DNA of 32,000 nt. It comes from Microcystis aeruginosa NIES-843 (GTDB lineage Bacteria > Cyanobacteriota > Cyanobacteriia > Cyanobacteriales > Microcystaceae). The stretch lies in assembly GCF_000010625.1 (NCBI RefSeq), contig NC_010296.1, forward strand, positions 1,470,001 to 1,502,000, given 5' to 3'. The notes under the pieces are model-generated. The model ran no database searches and was not told where the DNA came from. It was given only the letters and a program-made list of their open reading frames with translations. The position numbers and the translations under genes are program-made. This document shows positions 14,930 through 23,920 of this stretch, piece after piece; position 1 is the first letter of the stretch, and every line of letters begins with the position of its first letter.

Positions 14930-16504
14930 ATGGATAATCTGCAACTCTGGCAACGTTACCAAGATTGGTTATACTATCACCCTAACCTAGAACTTTATCT
15001 CGATGTCAGTCGGATTCCCTTCGATGAGGCTTTTCTCAAAGGTCTAGAAGCAAAATTTGAGCGCGCTTTCCAAGATATGGCAGCTTTAGAACAGGGTGCG
15101 ATCGCAAATCCCGACGAACAGCGTATGGTCGGCCACTACTGGCTGCGCGCTCCTGAACTCGCTCCTAACCAGGAATTGCGGGACGAAATCACCGAACCGA
15201 TAGCACAGATCAAAGAATTTGTCAAGAAAATTCACTCTGGAGCGATTAAGCCGCCCAATCGGGCAAAATTTAGCCATATTCTCTGTGTAGGCATCGGGGG
15301 GTCTGCTTTGGGTCCCCAATTCGTTGCCGAGGCTCTATCCCCCCTTAATCCCCCCTTAGAGATTGCTTTTATTGATAATACCGACCCCAAAGGTATCGAT
15401 CGCACCCTAGCCCATTTACCCTTAGCTACCACCCTCGTTATCGTCACCAGTAAATCCGGCGGCACTCCCGAAGCGAGAAACGGAATGTTAGAGGTCCGCA
15501 ACGCTTACGAAAAACTGGATTTAGACTTTCCGCAACACGCAGTCGCCGTCACTATGCCGGGTAGCCAACTAGACAAATACGCCCAAGATTGGCTAACTCG
15601 TTTCCCCATGCAGGATTGGGTCGGTGGTCGTACATCAGAACTATCCGCCGTCGGTCTTCTCCCGGCCGCTTTGCAGGGTATCGACATTGATGAAATGTTA
15701 GCCGGGGCCAAAGAAATGGACATGGCCACCCGCGTCCATAACCTGAAAAAAAACCCTAGCGCCCTACTTGCTCTAGCTTGGTATCATGAGGGCAAGGGCA
15801 AGGGAGAGAAAGATATGGTGATTCTGCCCTACAAAGACAGTCTCTATCTCTTTAGCCGCTATCTGCAACAATTGGTAATGGAGTCCCTCGGTAAAGAAAA
15901 AGACCTCGATGGTAATAAGGTGTACCAAGGGATCGCCGTCTATGGTAACAAAGGTTCTACGGACCAACACGCCTACGTCCAACAATTACGAGAAGGTGTT
16001 CCCAATTTCTTCGCCACTTTTATTGAAGTGTTAAAAGACCGGCAAGGAGATTCGATAGAAGTGGAAACTGGCTCCACTGCCGGCGATTTCCTCTCAGGAT
16101 TACTGCAAGGTACTCGACAAGCTTTATACGAAAATAGTCGTCACTCTATCACTATCACTATCCCAGAGGTCACTCCCCGTCAGGTAGGGGCTTTAATTGC
16201 CCTCTACGAACGGGCCGTTAGTTTCTATGCTAGTTTAGTTAATATTAACGCCTACCATCAACCCGGGGTAGAAGCAGGGAAAAAAGCCGCCGCTTCTATT
16301 CTGGATTTACAAAGAAAAATCGTGCAAGTTGTTCGGGAAACGGGAACTTCTCTCGACCTAGCCACTCTAGCGGCCAAAATCGGCGCTAGTGACCAAGTTG
16401 AAGCTATCTATAAAATTGTCCGTCATCTCAACGCTAATCGGCGCAGTTTAACTATTACCGGCGATTTAAGCAAACCGGAAACGCTCCAAATCTCTACCCG
16501 CTAA
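14930..16504 (+). CDS. pgi: Glucose-6-phosphate isomerase
   Basis: 524 aa with [18 protein letters not shown] and [18 protein letters not shown] motifs of the PGI family. Confidence 0.95.
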
Positions 16505-16543
16505 TCAGTTATCAGTTATCAGTTATCAGTTATCAGTTATCAG
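16505..16543. repeat. STRR-like heptamer tandem repeat (TCAGTTA x5.5)
   Basis: Read directly. It starts at the base after the pgi stop codon. Confidence 0.9.
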
Positions 16544-16617
16544 ATGTAAGTTTTAAGTTAATTAGTTAGTTATCTTTATCTTTATCCCTGTTTACTGATC
16601 ACTGAATGTAACCAACC

Positions 16618-17832
16618 ATGGAAATGCTAGAAAACCTGAAAATGGCTTTTTCCGCTTTGATGGGCAATAAACTGCGTAGTGGTCTGACCATGCTAGGAAT
16701 TGCTATCGGTAACGCCTCCGTCATTGCCCTAGTGGGGGTGGGTGAAGGAGCGCAAAAAGTCGCCCTCGAGCAGTTTGAAGCTCTCGGACCGAATGTTTTA
16801 TTTGTTTCCACCTCCTCGCGCAATGTCCGGCGGACAATTCCTAATCCCCGGCCTCTCACCTACGAAGATGCTCAAGCGATCGCATCTCAAGTTCCCGCCA
16901 TTGCCGCCATTTCTCCCGAATTGAGCGGTAAAAGAATTTTATCCTTCGGTAATAGAACCAGTAATAGCCCCCTGATTGGGGTGGGAGCCGAATACCTAAA
17001 TGTGCGTAACCGTCAACTGTCTAAAGGTAGATTTATTATGGAATCTGACCTGAAACGGGATAATCGGGTGATTGTCTTGGGATCGGAATTAGCTAAAAAT
17101 CTCTTTGGTAATCGCAATCCCGTCGGCGAAAATCTTCGCATCGGCAATCTTAGTTTTCAAGTCATTGGAGTTTTACAGGCGAAAGGCTCCTTATTTGAGG
17201 CTAATCAGGACGATCGAGCTTTAATTCCCCTAACTACCATGTCTAATCAGGTTTTAGGGCGCAATTCTATCTATGGCATTCCCCTGACTCATATTTCTGT
17301 CTTGGCCAAAAACTCTGCCCAAATTAAAGCCGCTCAGTTTCAGATTAGCAACCTGCTGCAAATGCGTCATCAGGTCAGCGACGAGAATTATGTGCAGGTT
17401 TTCCTCCAAACCACAGTCTTAGAAATGGCCAAAGAGACTAACGATAGTTTAACTAGAATGTTAGCCTCGATCGCCAGTATTTCCCTTTTTGTCGGGGGAA
17501 TCGGTGTCATGAATATTATGCTCGTGTCAGTCACGGAAAGAACCCAAGAAATCGGGTTAAGAAAGGCTTTAGGAGCCAAAGAAGGGGATATAAAAGGTCA
17601 ATTTCTCATTGAATCGGTGATTTTAGCTACCACTGGCGGAATTATCGGGATTTTTGTCGGCATTCAAGGAATGTATCTAGCGGGAATTTTTGCCGCTTTA
17701 ACCACCAGTGTCTCAATCCCTGCGATAATTCTCGCTTTAGGAGTTTCTAGTGCCATCGGTCTGATTTTCGGTGTTGTTCCCGCTCATCGTGCCGCTAAAT
17801 TAGATCCAATCGTTGCTTTGAGAAGATTATAG
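16618..17832 (+). CDS. ABC transporter permease, MacB/FtsX (DevC-like) type
   Basis: 404 aa. It has an N-terminal TM helix, a periplasmic MacB-like domain, and a C-terminal FtsX domain with ERTQEIGLRKALGA and the PAHRAAKLDPIVALR tail. Confidence 0.9.
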   Translation: MEMLENLKMAFSALMGNKLRSGLTMLGIAIGNASVIALVGVGEGAQKVALEQFEALGPNVLFVSTSSRNVRRTIPNPRPLTYEDAQAIASQVPAIAAISPELSGKRILSFGNRTSNSPLIGVGAEYLNVRNRQLSKGRFIMESDLKRDNRVIVLGSELAKNLFGNRNPVGENLRIGNLSFQVIGVLQAKGSLFEANQDDRALIPLTTMSNQVLGRNSIYGIPLTHISVLAKNSAQIKAAQFQISNLLQMRHQVSDENYVQVFLQTTVLEMAKETNDSLTRMLASIASISLFVGGIGVMNIMLVSVTERTQEIGLRKALGAKEGDIKGQFLIESVILATTGGIIGIFVGIQGMYLAGIFAALTTSVSIPAIILALGVSSAIGLIFGVVPAHRAAKLDPIVALRRL

Positions 17833-18030
17833 GACTTCTGACAAAAGTAAGCTCTTGAGCTGCTATCAGGTCATACCATTTTTCCTTATTCGTGGCAGGC
17901 ATCATAGTCCCCTCTCCCACCCTGACAGGTGTAGGTTTATTACAAAGAGGTGAGCAGTCACACACTCATGGCGAGAAAATCAAGCTAGAGATTTAGAGGA
18001 GCATAGCGAAAGACAATGCTAAACAACAAA

Positions 18031-18746
18031 CCCACATTCCGCACCCTAAAGTGTCACATTGAAAATTTTATCTAAATCGTCAAAACGATTGCCGGCTCTG
18101 AATTACAGGCTAATTTGTTTGCCCAGCAGATGCACAATTGGCGCTAAAAATCTGATAGCTCTGATACCAAATTATTGAGATGGACTCTCATTAAGCTGGC
18201 GAGCGCTGACTAGAGTGTGACACTTCACGATTCTTAGTAATCGCTAAAAGTCTTACTATACCTGGACTTCCCCCGTATAAACATACTAGCTATGGCTAAA
18301 AGTCTTATAGAGCCTGAGTTAAAGCCATATAATACTAATGGACTACTGGACACAAACTCCTGAAGTCCTTACGCTGATAGGGTTTGAGGCAAAAATTTTC
18401 AAATTTGACCTTTCGACCATTATAGCTTGTTTCGGGGCAGAAAACCATCAAAAACATGGCTACAGAGGGAATCGCTGACTCTAGAGATTAATGACACCAT
18501 CTGTTACAATGAGGTTAGCGATCACTATACAGCCAACTCTACGGAATCGCTCTACTCCAGATACAGTCAACGGTACAGCCATTTTCAAGCGAAAAATGTA
18601 CCCAGTAGCGGCTTGTCAATTTTTTCTGAGAAGCTCCAGGCAGTAAGGGTTTTGTTGATTTTTTAGTATTTCTGTATGGGGGAAGTCCAGCTATACAAGG
18701 GCTAGAGCAACTGTTGGTTTCAACCGACTAGGGTGCGGAATGTGGG
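18031..18746. mobile_element. Second copy of the CCCACATTCCGCACCCT MITE, itself interrupted
   Basis: Segments 18031-18261 and 18691-18746 are the reverse complement of 10402-10690. Confidence 0.8.
18262..18690. mobile_element. 429-bp innermost MITE
   Basis: Termini CTGGACTTCCCCCGTA and TATGGGGGAAGTCCAG. A 6-bp duplication CTATAC (18256-18261 and 18691-18696) sits at a site that is uninterrupted in the 10402-10690 copy. Confidence 0.75.
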
Positions 18747-18881
18747 TTCTATTACCCTAATTGCTGATTTACTAAAAGGTTTGTCGATTCACCTTCATCG
18801 TTGGAGTTCTTTCCCTCCCACCCCCGTTGACGCTTTTTACTACTCCCCTTCCTCTTACTTGTAAAATACCTACACCTGTCA

Positions 18882-18901
18882 GGGGGGGGGTTGGGGGGGG
18901 G
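18882..18901. repeat. G9-TT-G9 homopolymer pair
   Basis: Read directly. It lies in the right arm of the outer MITE, where the left arm has CCCCTCTCCCACCC instead. Confidence 0.9.
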
Positions 18902-19296
18902 TGAGGGTAATTAACTATCTCTGCCATTACTTTAGAAAAATGGTATCAGAATATCTAGGGCTTGCTGAAAAAGTTGGCTGGTGGGGTTAGGAGTCATCAG
19001 TCTCCGAGTCGGTCGTCGGTCGGGGAAGTCAGAATAACAGAATGACCTCGCGTACTGCAAAGCGGAACCCTTCGCCATCGCTCACAAAAGTGCCAGGGTT
19101 TTGAGTCCCTATTTCGATTTCTCAACGTTTGTTTCTGGCACTTTTTGGGTAAAAAAAGACCAAAACCCTTTTCTAGCAAAGCTTCTACTGATATTCAGCC
19201 CGCCCTAGATAGATAAGCTAAACGGCTTTTACTTCGGATCACCGATATAGACTCCAAAAGGGTTATAGCTGTTGGATCATGCAGGTTAAGCGCCGT

Positions 19297-20700
19297 TTAG
19301 CTTACTAAGCTAGAGATAGCGGCATCAACCCAAGCCTGGGTACTTACGGTCGTGCCGAAATCACTGAGCCAATTGCGTCCGAAAAGTGCCGCACTTTCGC
19401 CCGAGTAGGCCGCCCTTTCTTCGGGCAAATCCAGTGAATTCGTAAACAGATCGGCGCTGGTCAGTTTATTGCGTAGGGCAATAATATCGTCGCCCTGGGC
19501 ACCCAATCCGATCTCCAGAGCAAAATTAGCTAGGGTGATGGCACCACTATCTAGGCGCTCTGCCCAATAGTTTAAACCTTCTTGTTCTGCGTTACGGTTA
19601 AAAGCAAAGTTATAAACTTTATTCACTTTGTCCCGATTATTCAATTGACCGAAAAGGTTATCAGCTTCGGACGAGTTGCCAAAGTCGTTGACAATTTGAT
19701 TATAAGCACCAGCTTCACTGCCAGTTAATCCATCTCCCTGTCTCGGAGAATAACTAATACCAGCACTCGTCAAGGTAGTGTCCCAGAAAGTGAGTCCAGA
19801 ATTATCCGCCGGTCGTCCATAATAGACAACGTAAGCGATTTGCGCCGTGTCACCAGTCAGGGTTAGGGGACTGGTATTGGGTGGAGGAATAATACCGGGG
19901 ACTCTTGGGGTTACGGCTGCCTGTCCCACTTGAGCGCTCACTTGCAATGTATAGGTGGCGGGATTGGTCTGCGGCAGCGTGATAGTATTGAAACTACTTA
20001 CCCGAATCCGGTAATCCACCCCACCTTGCGGTAAGAAATTGGCAATTAAAGAATTGAGTCCGTCACCACTGTCATCATCGAAAGCCACTACAGCCCCTGT
20101 TCTGGCATTGACAATCTGTAGGAAGGGATCGTAAACACCGGTGTTTGAGGACGTAAGTGATACTTGGATGGGTTGATTAAAGGCAGTCACTGCCAACTTA
20201 TATTCATCCGCCAAAGAGGGTGCAGCTGTGCTAGGAGAGGGAAAAGTATAGTCTCTGCTGTCTAATACCCCCTGAAAAGTAACCACTTGACCTGTTTGGG
20301 GGTTGCCGAAGCTCGATAATCTTTCCTCAAGCACCACATCGCCCACTACAGAGTTAACCTGTAAGGTGTAGGGATGTTCGATCTCTGTGTTAATAGTATT
20401 GAAGCTGGTGACTCGAATTTTATAAACAACTCCGCCTTGGGGCAGAAAATTAGCAATGAGTGAATTATTGCCGTTACCGCTATCGTCATCGCTGGCAACT
20501 ATTGTGTTGGTTCTGGCATCAATAATTTGGACGATAGGATCATAAGTGGTATTGTTAGCAGAAATTAAAGATATCTGCACGGGCTGGTTAAAAGCAGTAA
20601 AAGTGACCAGATATTCATCTGCTCTGGTGGGATTTGCTCCTTGTATAAAGATAAAATCATTGAGAGTCAAGCTTCCCTGTTGAGTTATATTACTAGCCAT
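19297..20700 (-). CDS. Repeat protein: two PPC-like (pre-peptidase C-terminal-like) domains plus a DUF4214-like C-terminal region
   Basis: An internal duplication of ~130 aa carries the motif YDPxxQIxxARTxxxVAxDDDSGxGxNSLIANFLPQGGVxYxIRVxSFN. The C-terminal YYGRPADNSGLTFWDTTL and FNRNAEQEGLNYWAERL resemble DUF4214 repeats. The ATG at 20700 has AAGGAG 6 nt upstream; the track uses a TTG at 20706. Confidence 0.8.
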   Translation of the reverse strand: MASNITQQGSLTLNDFIFIQGANPTRADEYLVTFTAFNQPVQISLISANNTTYDPIVQIIDARTNTIVASDDDSGNGNNSLIANFLPQGGVVYKIRVTSFNTINTEIEHPYTLQVNSVVGDVVLEERLSSFGNPQTGQVVTFQGVLDSRDYTFPSPSTAAPSLADEYKLAVTAFNQPIQVSLTSSNTGVYDPFLQIVNARTGAVVAFDDDSGDGLNSLIANFLPQGGVDYRIRVSSFNTITLPQTNPATYTLQVSAQVGQAAVTPRVPGIIPPPNTSPLTLTGDTAQIAYVVYYGRPADNSGLTFWDTTLTSAGISYSPRQGDGLTGSEAGAYNQIVNDFGNSSEADNLFGQLNNRDKVNKVYNFAFNRNAEQEGLNYWAERLDSGAITLANFALEIGLGAQGDDIIALRNKLTSADLFTNSLDLPEERAAYSGESAALFGRNWLSDFGTTVSTQAWVDAAISSLVS

Positions 20701-20854
20701 GATCAACTCCTTGAATTCAAAGAAAATCTTATTTTTTCATGTTTTCAACACTTACGGTCAAACAGCCCCTAGTCAGCACCAGCCAGTAACTAGCAAGGAT
20801 TTGGAGAGGCTGACCGAAAAATACTTATCTGCTTTGGCTTTGACTTTCTGACCA

Positions 20855-21172
20855 TCACACTGAGATTTGCTCTATGCCAAAGCCGCTGATTTTTCTCCAG
20901 ATAAAGGTAACTAGGGCAAATTGCTTAGTTGGGGAAATCACTGACAAACTGATGTCGATTTTTGCCAACGAATTGTCGAACTCGAATTCATCCCTATTCC
21001 TATAAGCAGGCCACCCATCCTCGTTTTCCATTGTAGTCAATCTGGTCACGAATGTAATTTGGTCGTAATATAGCTTAATACATGAGGAGATTTTTGATTC
21101 CAGAAAAAATCTGCTGTAACCGTTCAGAGGGGAACGAAATCTGGTAATCTCAGACCTATGGATGAGAAACAC
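20855..21172 (-). CDS. Hypothetical ORF, no recognisable motifs
   Basis: Supported only by the ORF track. It lies next to IS debris. Confidence 0.2.
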   Translation of the reverse strand: MFLIHRSEITRFRSPLNGYSRFFLESKISSCIKLYYDQITFVTRLTTMENEDGWPAYRNRDEFEFDNSLAKIDISLSVISPTKQFALVTFIWRKISGFGIEQISV

Positions 21173-21189
21173 CTACGGTTGATACCAGG

Positions 21190-21373
21190 AATTGGCGCAG
21201 AGGATTGGGTCAGACCAACCGACCGCCAGCGTCAGACAGCTAGTAGTGGGGTGAGGTTTGAAGATAGAACAGCTAGAGCAGCATCTCAAAGAATTACAAT
21301 CATCTCAAGAGCAGCTTTCCGAGAAAGTCAATCGTAACTCAGAGAACTCCCATTGTCCGCCCGCCGCAGACGC
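21190..21373 (+). pseudogene. Transposase N-terminal fragment (IS66-like coiled-coil leader)
   Basis: One frame reads QPTASVRQLVVG*GLKIEQLEQHLKELQSSQEQLSEKVNRNSENSHCPPAAD. This resembles IS66-type N-termini as I recall them. It contains a stop and is interrupted by a MITE. Confidence 0.35.
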
Positions 21374-21506
21374 GGCTCTTCTGGTTTCTGTGTGGAAACG
21401 GGGTCTATACTGATAGTTTCTTCAGCAAAATAGTCCTAAAAGTCTTTCCCAGTAAACATTTCACGATTCTATAAGCAAAAATTATCACACAAAGTCGAGA
21501 AGAGCC
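21374..21506. mobile_element. 133-bp MITE with ISL3-type ends
   Basis: Termini GGCTCTTC and GAAGAGCC. A 7-bp direct repeat CAGACGC flanks it on both sides (21367-21373 and 21507-21513). Confidence 0.65.
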
Positions 21507-21624
21507 CAGACGCTTCCATCCCTATAGTCTTCCGGAGCGAATCGAAAAATAAAAAAGCGACCTGCCCTCGTTGTGGGTTAGAGAGGGATAAACTACCCCA
21601 AAATCATCAGAAGCGCAGAAATAT

Positions 21625-22091
21625 AAAAAATATGAAGCAAAAAAAAGAAGCGAAGCTAGAAGTTTTAAAGCCAAGTAAATATAGCCTGTTAAAAAATCAA
21701 GAAGATTGAACGGAACCCCAAAAAATTAAACTAGAAGCTATCAAAGAAAAGTTCCCAAATTTGAAAGAGATGCAGGAATTAAAGGAAGAATTTAGAAAGA
21801 TTTATGAAACCTCGAAGAACAGGATAGAAGAACCGCTATCCATCTCGGAATGGTGGGCAAAATCGGCCAGTATATTTACCAAGAGTTGTCAAACAATCCG
21901 AAACTGGTGTGGAGAAATCATTAGTTATTTCGAGCGAAGAACAACGAAGGTCGGGTCGAGGGAATCAACAATAAACTTAAACTAATAAAACGGAGAGGCT
22001 ATGGCTTGAGAAACTTTCGTAATTTTTTGGTTAGAAGTATGTTGTCTTGGCATTTTGTCTGTTAATTTAGCATAAATAGTAACGAAGAGCC
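21625..22091 (+). pseudogene. ISL3-family transposase 3' remnant with right inverted repeat
   Basis: PSKYSLLKNQED*TEPQKIKLEAIKEKFPNLKEMQELKEEFRKIYE...RRTT, then a frameshift, then EGINNKLKLIKRRGYGLRNFRNF. It ends in ...AACGAAGAGCC at 22091. Confidence 0.65.
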
Positions 22092-22126
22092 AGATTTTCG
22101 ATTTTTACAAGAGGTCTATACTTTTT

Positions 22127-23383
22127 CTAGCTCTTGTCCTGACCTCGGGATTCTATAGCCCCGTCCGTTGCCGTAAATCCCTCCGCTTGCGCTAATATTT
22201 GCAGATTGTGGGCTATGGGGGCGAAAGAATCGGCAGGATATTCGATTAAAGTGGCGGAATCGAGAAAAGTTTCCACTCCCACGGGACAACCCAAATAATC
22301 AGCCACCGCTTTTGGAGTAGTGGAACCGAGGAGAATAGTTCCCGATTGTCTCACAGAAGATAGCTTTTCCCAAGGCTCATCGATCATCAAAGATAAATGG
22401 GTGGGAGCAAAAAGATTCGATAATTTGATCGCTTTCTCCAATGATTCCACCACCACGATTAAACCATAATGAGCGATCGCTTTTTCCGTTAACAATCTCT
22501 GGGGATGTACCTGTAACTGTTTTTGCACTTCTTCCTGTACTATTAGGGCCAAAGCCTTATCCGTCGTCAATAAAATCGCTGCCGCTAGGGAATACTGTTC
22601 CGCTTGCGCTAATAGATCTAGGGCCAACTGTCTAGGATTGGCTTGACTATCGGCAATAATAACCAAATCAGAAGTAATAGAGAGATAATCGATTTTTACA
22701 TGGTCAGAAACCAGTTTTTTAGCCAAATTAGTATAAAAATCACCTATTCCGGCAATCATCTCCACGGGAGCGATCGTTTTTGTGCCGTAGGCTAAAGCAG
22801 CGATCGCCTGTGGTCCAGCCACCCGATAAATCTCACTAATACCCACCGATTGGGCTGCCACTAAAATCGCCGGATGGATGCGTAAATCCTCATCGGCAGG
22901 AGATACCATGACAATCCGTTTAACCCCCGCTATTTTGGCTGGAATCGCCTGTTGGAGCAATAAACTGAGATAGGCCCGTTTCCCATCGGGAACGACAATT
23001 CCCACGCTGTTAACCGGTTGATAACGTTTCCCCCGAACCGTACCATCCTCAGGAAACTGGACCCAAGCTTTGGGAAGACGCTGACGATGAAAAGCCTCCA
23101 TTTTTTCACAGGCAACGGCGATCGCATTTAATAAATCCTGCGACACCTGTTGATAAGCAGCATCGAGTTCCGAGCCACTCACCTTCAGTTGTTGTAGATT
23201 AAGGGACTGTTGGTAGAATTTTTCCGTGTAATCCACCAACGAGCGATCGCCAGAAAGTCGCACCTGCTCGACAATCTCTCGGACAAGCGATTCTTTTTCC
23301 CGAATTTCCGGATCGTCGAACCGTTCCCGAATTCGTCTCAGTTCCGTTCTGGCTGACCATGGCTCTGTGATAATTCGCAACAT
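22127..23383 (-). CDS. Histidinol dehydrogenase-like protein with non-canonical active-site residues
   Basis: 418 aa, collinear with HisD throughout (MLRIIT..., PQAIAALAYGTKTIAPV, DLLAQAE, LSNLFAPTHL). Key motifs are altered; see the finding. Confidence 0.85.
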   Translation of the reverse strand: MLRIITEPWSARTELRRIRERFDDPEIREKESLVREIVEQVRLSGDRSLVDYTEKFYQQSLNLQQLKVSGSELDAAYQQVSQDLLNAIAVACEKMEAFHRQRLPKAWVQFPEDGTVRGKRYQPVNSVGIVVPDGKRAYLSLLLQQAIPAKIAGVKRIVMVSPADEDLRIHPAILVAAQSVGISEIYRVAGPQAIAALAYGTKTIAPVEMIAGIGDFYTNLAKKLVSDHVKIDYLSITSDLVIIADSQANPRQLALDLLAQAEQYSLAAAILLTTDKALALIVQEEVQKQLQVHPQRLLTEKAIAHYGLIVVVESLEKAIKLSNLFAPTHLSLMIDEPWEKLSSVRQSGTILLGSTTPKAVADYLGCPVGVETFLDSATLIEYPADSFAPIAHNLQILAQAEGFTATDGAIESRGQDKS

Positions 23384-23520
23384 CGAGCTATTATCCTCTA
23401 GGGGCGAAACGAGATTAAAAAGTTTTCACTCCTCACACTCTAGCTTATCGCTTTCCATCTTGACCGGGGAGGGAGACGAAGTCAGTTATTTTAGCCGTCG
23501 GTAGGCAGGAGTCAGGAAAT

Positions 23521-23568
23521 AGGGTGATAGGGTTTTGGGGTGATAGGGTTTTGGGGTGATAGGGTGAT
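23521..23568. repeat. 16-bp tandem repeat GGTGATAGGGTTTTGG (~3 units)
   Basis: Read directly. Confidence 0.85.
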
Positions 23569-23576
23569 GAGACAGC

Positions 23577-23832
23577 TTCCCCACTTCCCCAATTCCCCAC
23601 TTCCCCAATTCCCCAATTCCCCACTTCCCCACTTCCCCAATTCCCCAATTCCCCAATTCCCCAATTCCCCACTTCCCCAATTCCCCACTTCCCCAATTCC
23701 CCAATTCCCCACACCCCACACCCCACACCCCACACCCCAATTCCCCAATTCCCCAATTCCCCACTTCCCCAATTCCCCACTTCCCCACTTCCCCACACCC
23801 CACACCCCACTTCCCCACTTCCCCACTTCCCA
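23577..23832. repeat. C4-tract array: octamers TTCCCCA(A/C) interspersed with heptamers CCCCACA
   Basis: I count 32 CCCC runs between 23579 and 23824: 17 octamers, 4 heptamers, 7 octamers, 2 heptamers, 2 octamers. Confidence 0.95.
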
Positions 23833-23920
23833 ACAGCCAGCCCGATTTCCCCAAGGTAACAAAACCAGATATTCTACTAAATAGTCGCCTATCACACCAG
23901 CCTGATCTCGTGGTCGTCCA

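Larger units (their letters stand above)
17866..18948. mobile_element. Outer MITE with ~90-bp imperfect terminal inverted repeats
   Basis: The left arm CATACCATTTTTCC...CCCTGACAGGTGTAGGT and the right arm ACCTACACCTGTCAGGG...GAAAAATGGTATCAG pair as inverted repeats. The interior is occupied by the two nested MITEs. Confidence 0.55.

Noticed and set aside
15086-15985. Four minus-strand ORFs inside pgi, plus 16599-16859, 16742-16924 and 17388-17579 in or antisense to the permease gene
   Set aside because: They lie inside strongly supported housekeeping genes and have no independent support.
18427-18666. 79-aa ORF
   Set aside because: It lies entirely inside the innermost MITE and has no RBS or motifs.
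18997-19179. 60-aa ORF and a 10-bp inverted repeat (TATCTAGGGC at 18953-18962 and GCCCTAGATA at 19201-19210) that might delimit another MITE
   Set aside because: The ORF has no motifs. The inverted repeat is short and I could not find a second copy or a target duplication, so this is not callable.
19214-19304. 13-bp inverted repeat TAAGCTAAACGGC / GCCGTTTAGCTTA overlapping the stop codon of the PPC/DUF4214 gene
   Set aside because: It could be a terminator stem or a tiny MITE. However, the 65-nt loop is long for an intrinsic terminator and there is no U-tract, so evidence is insufficient.
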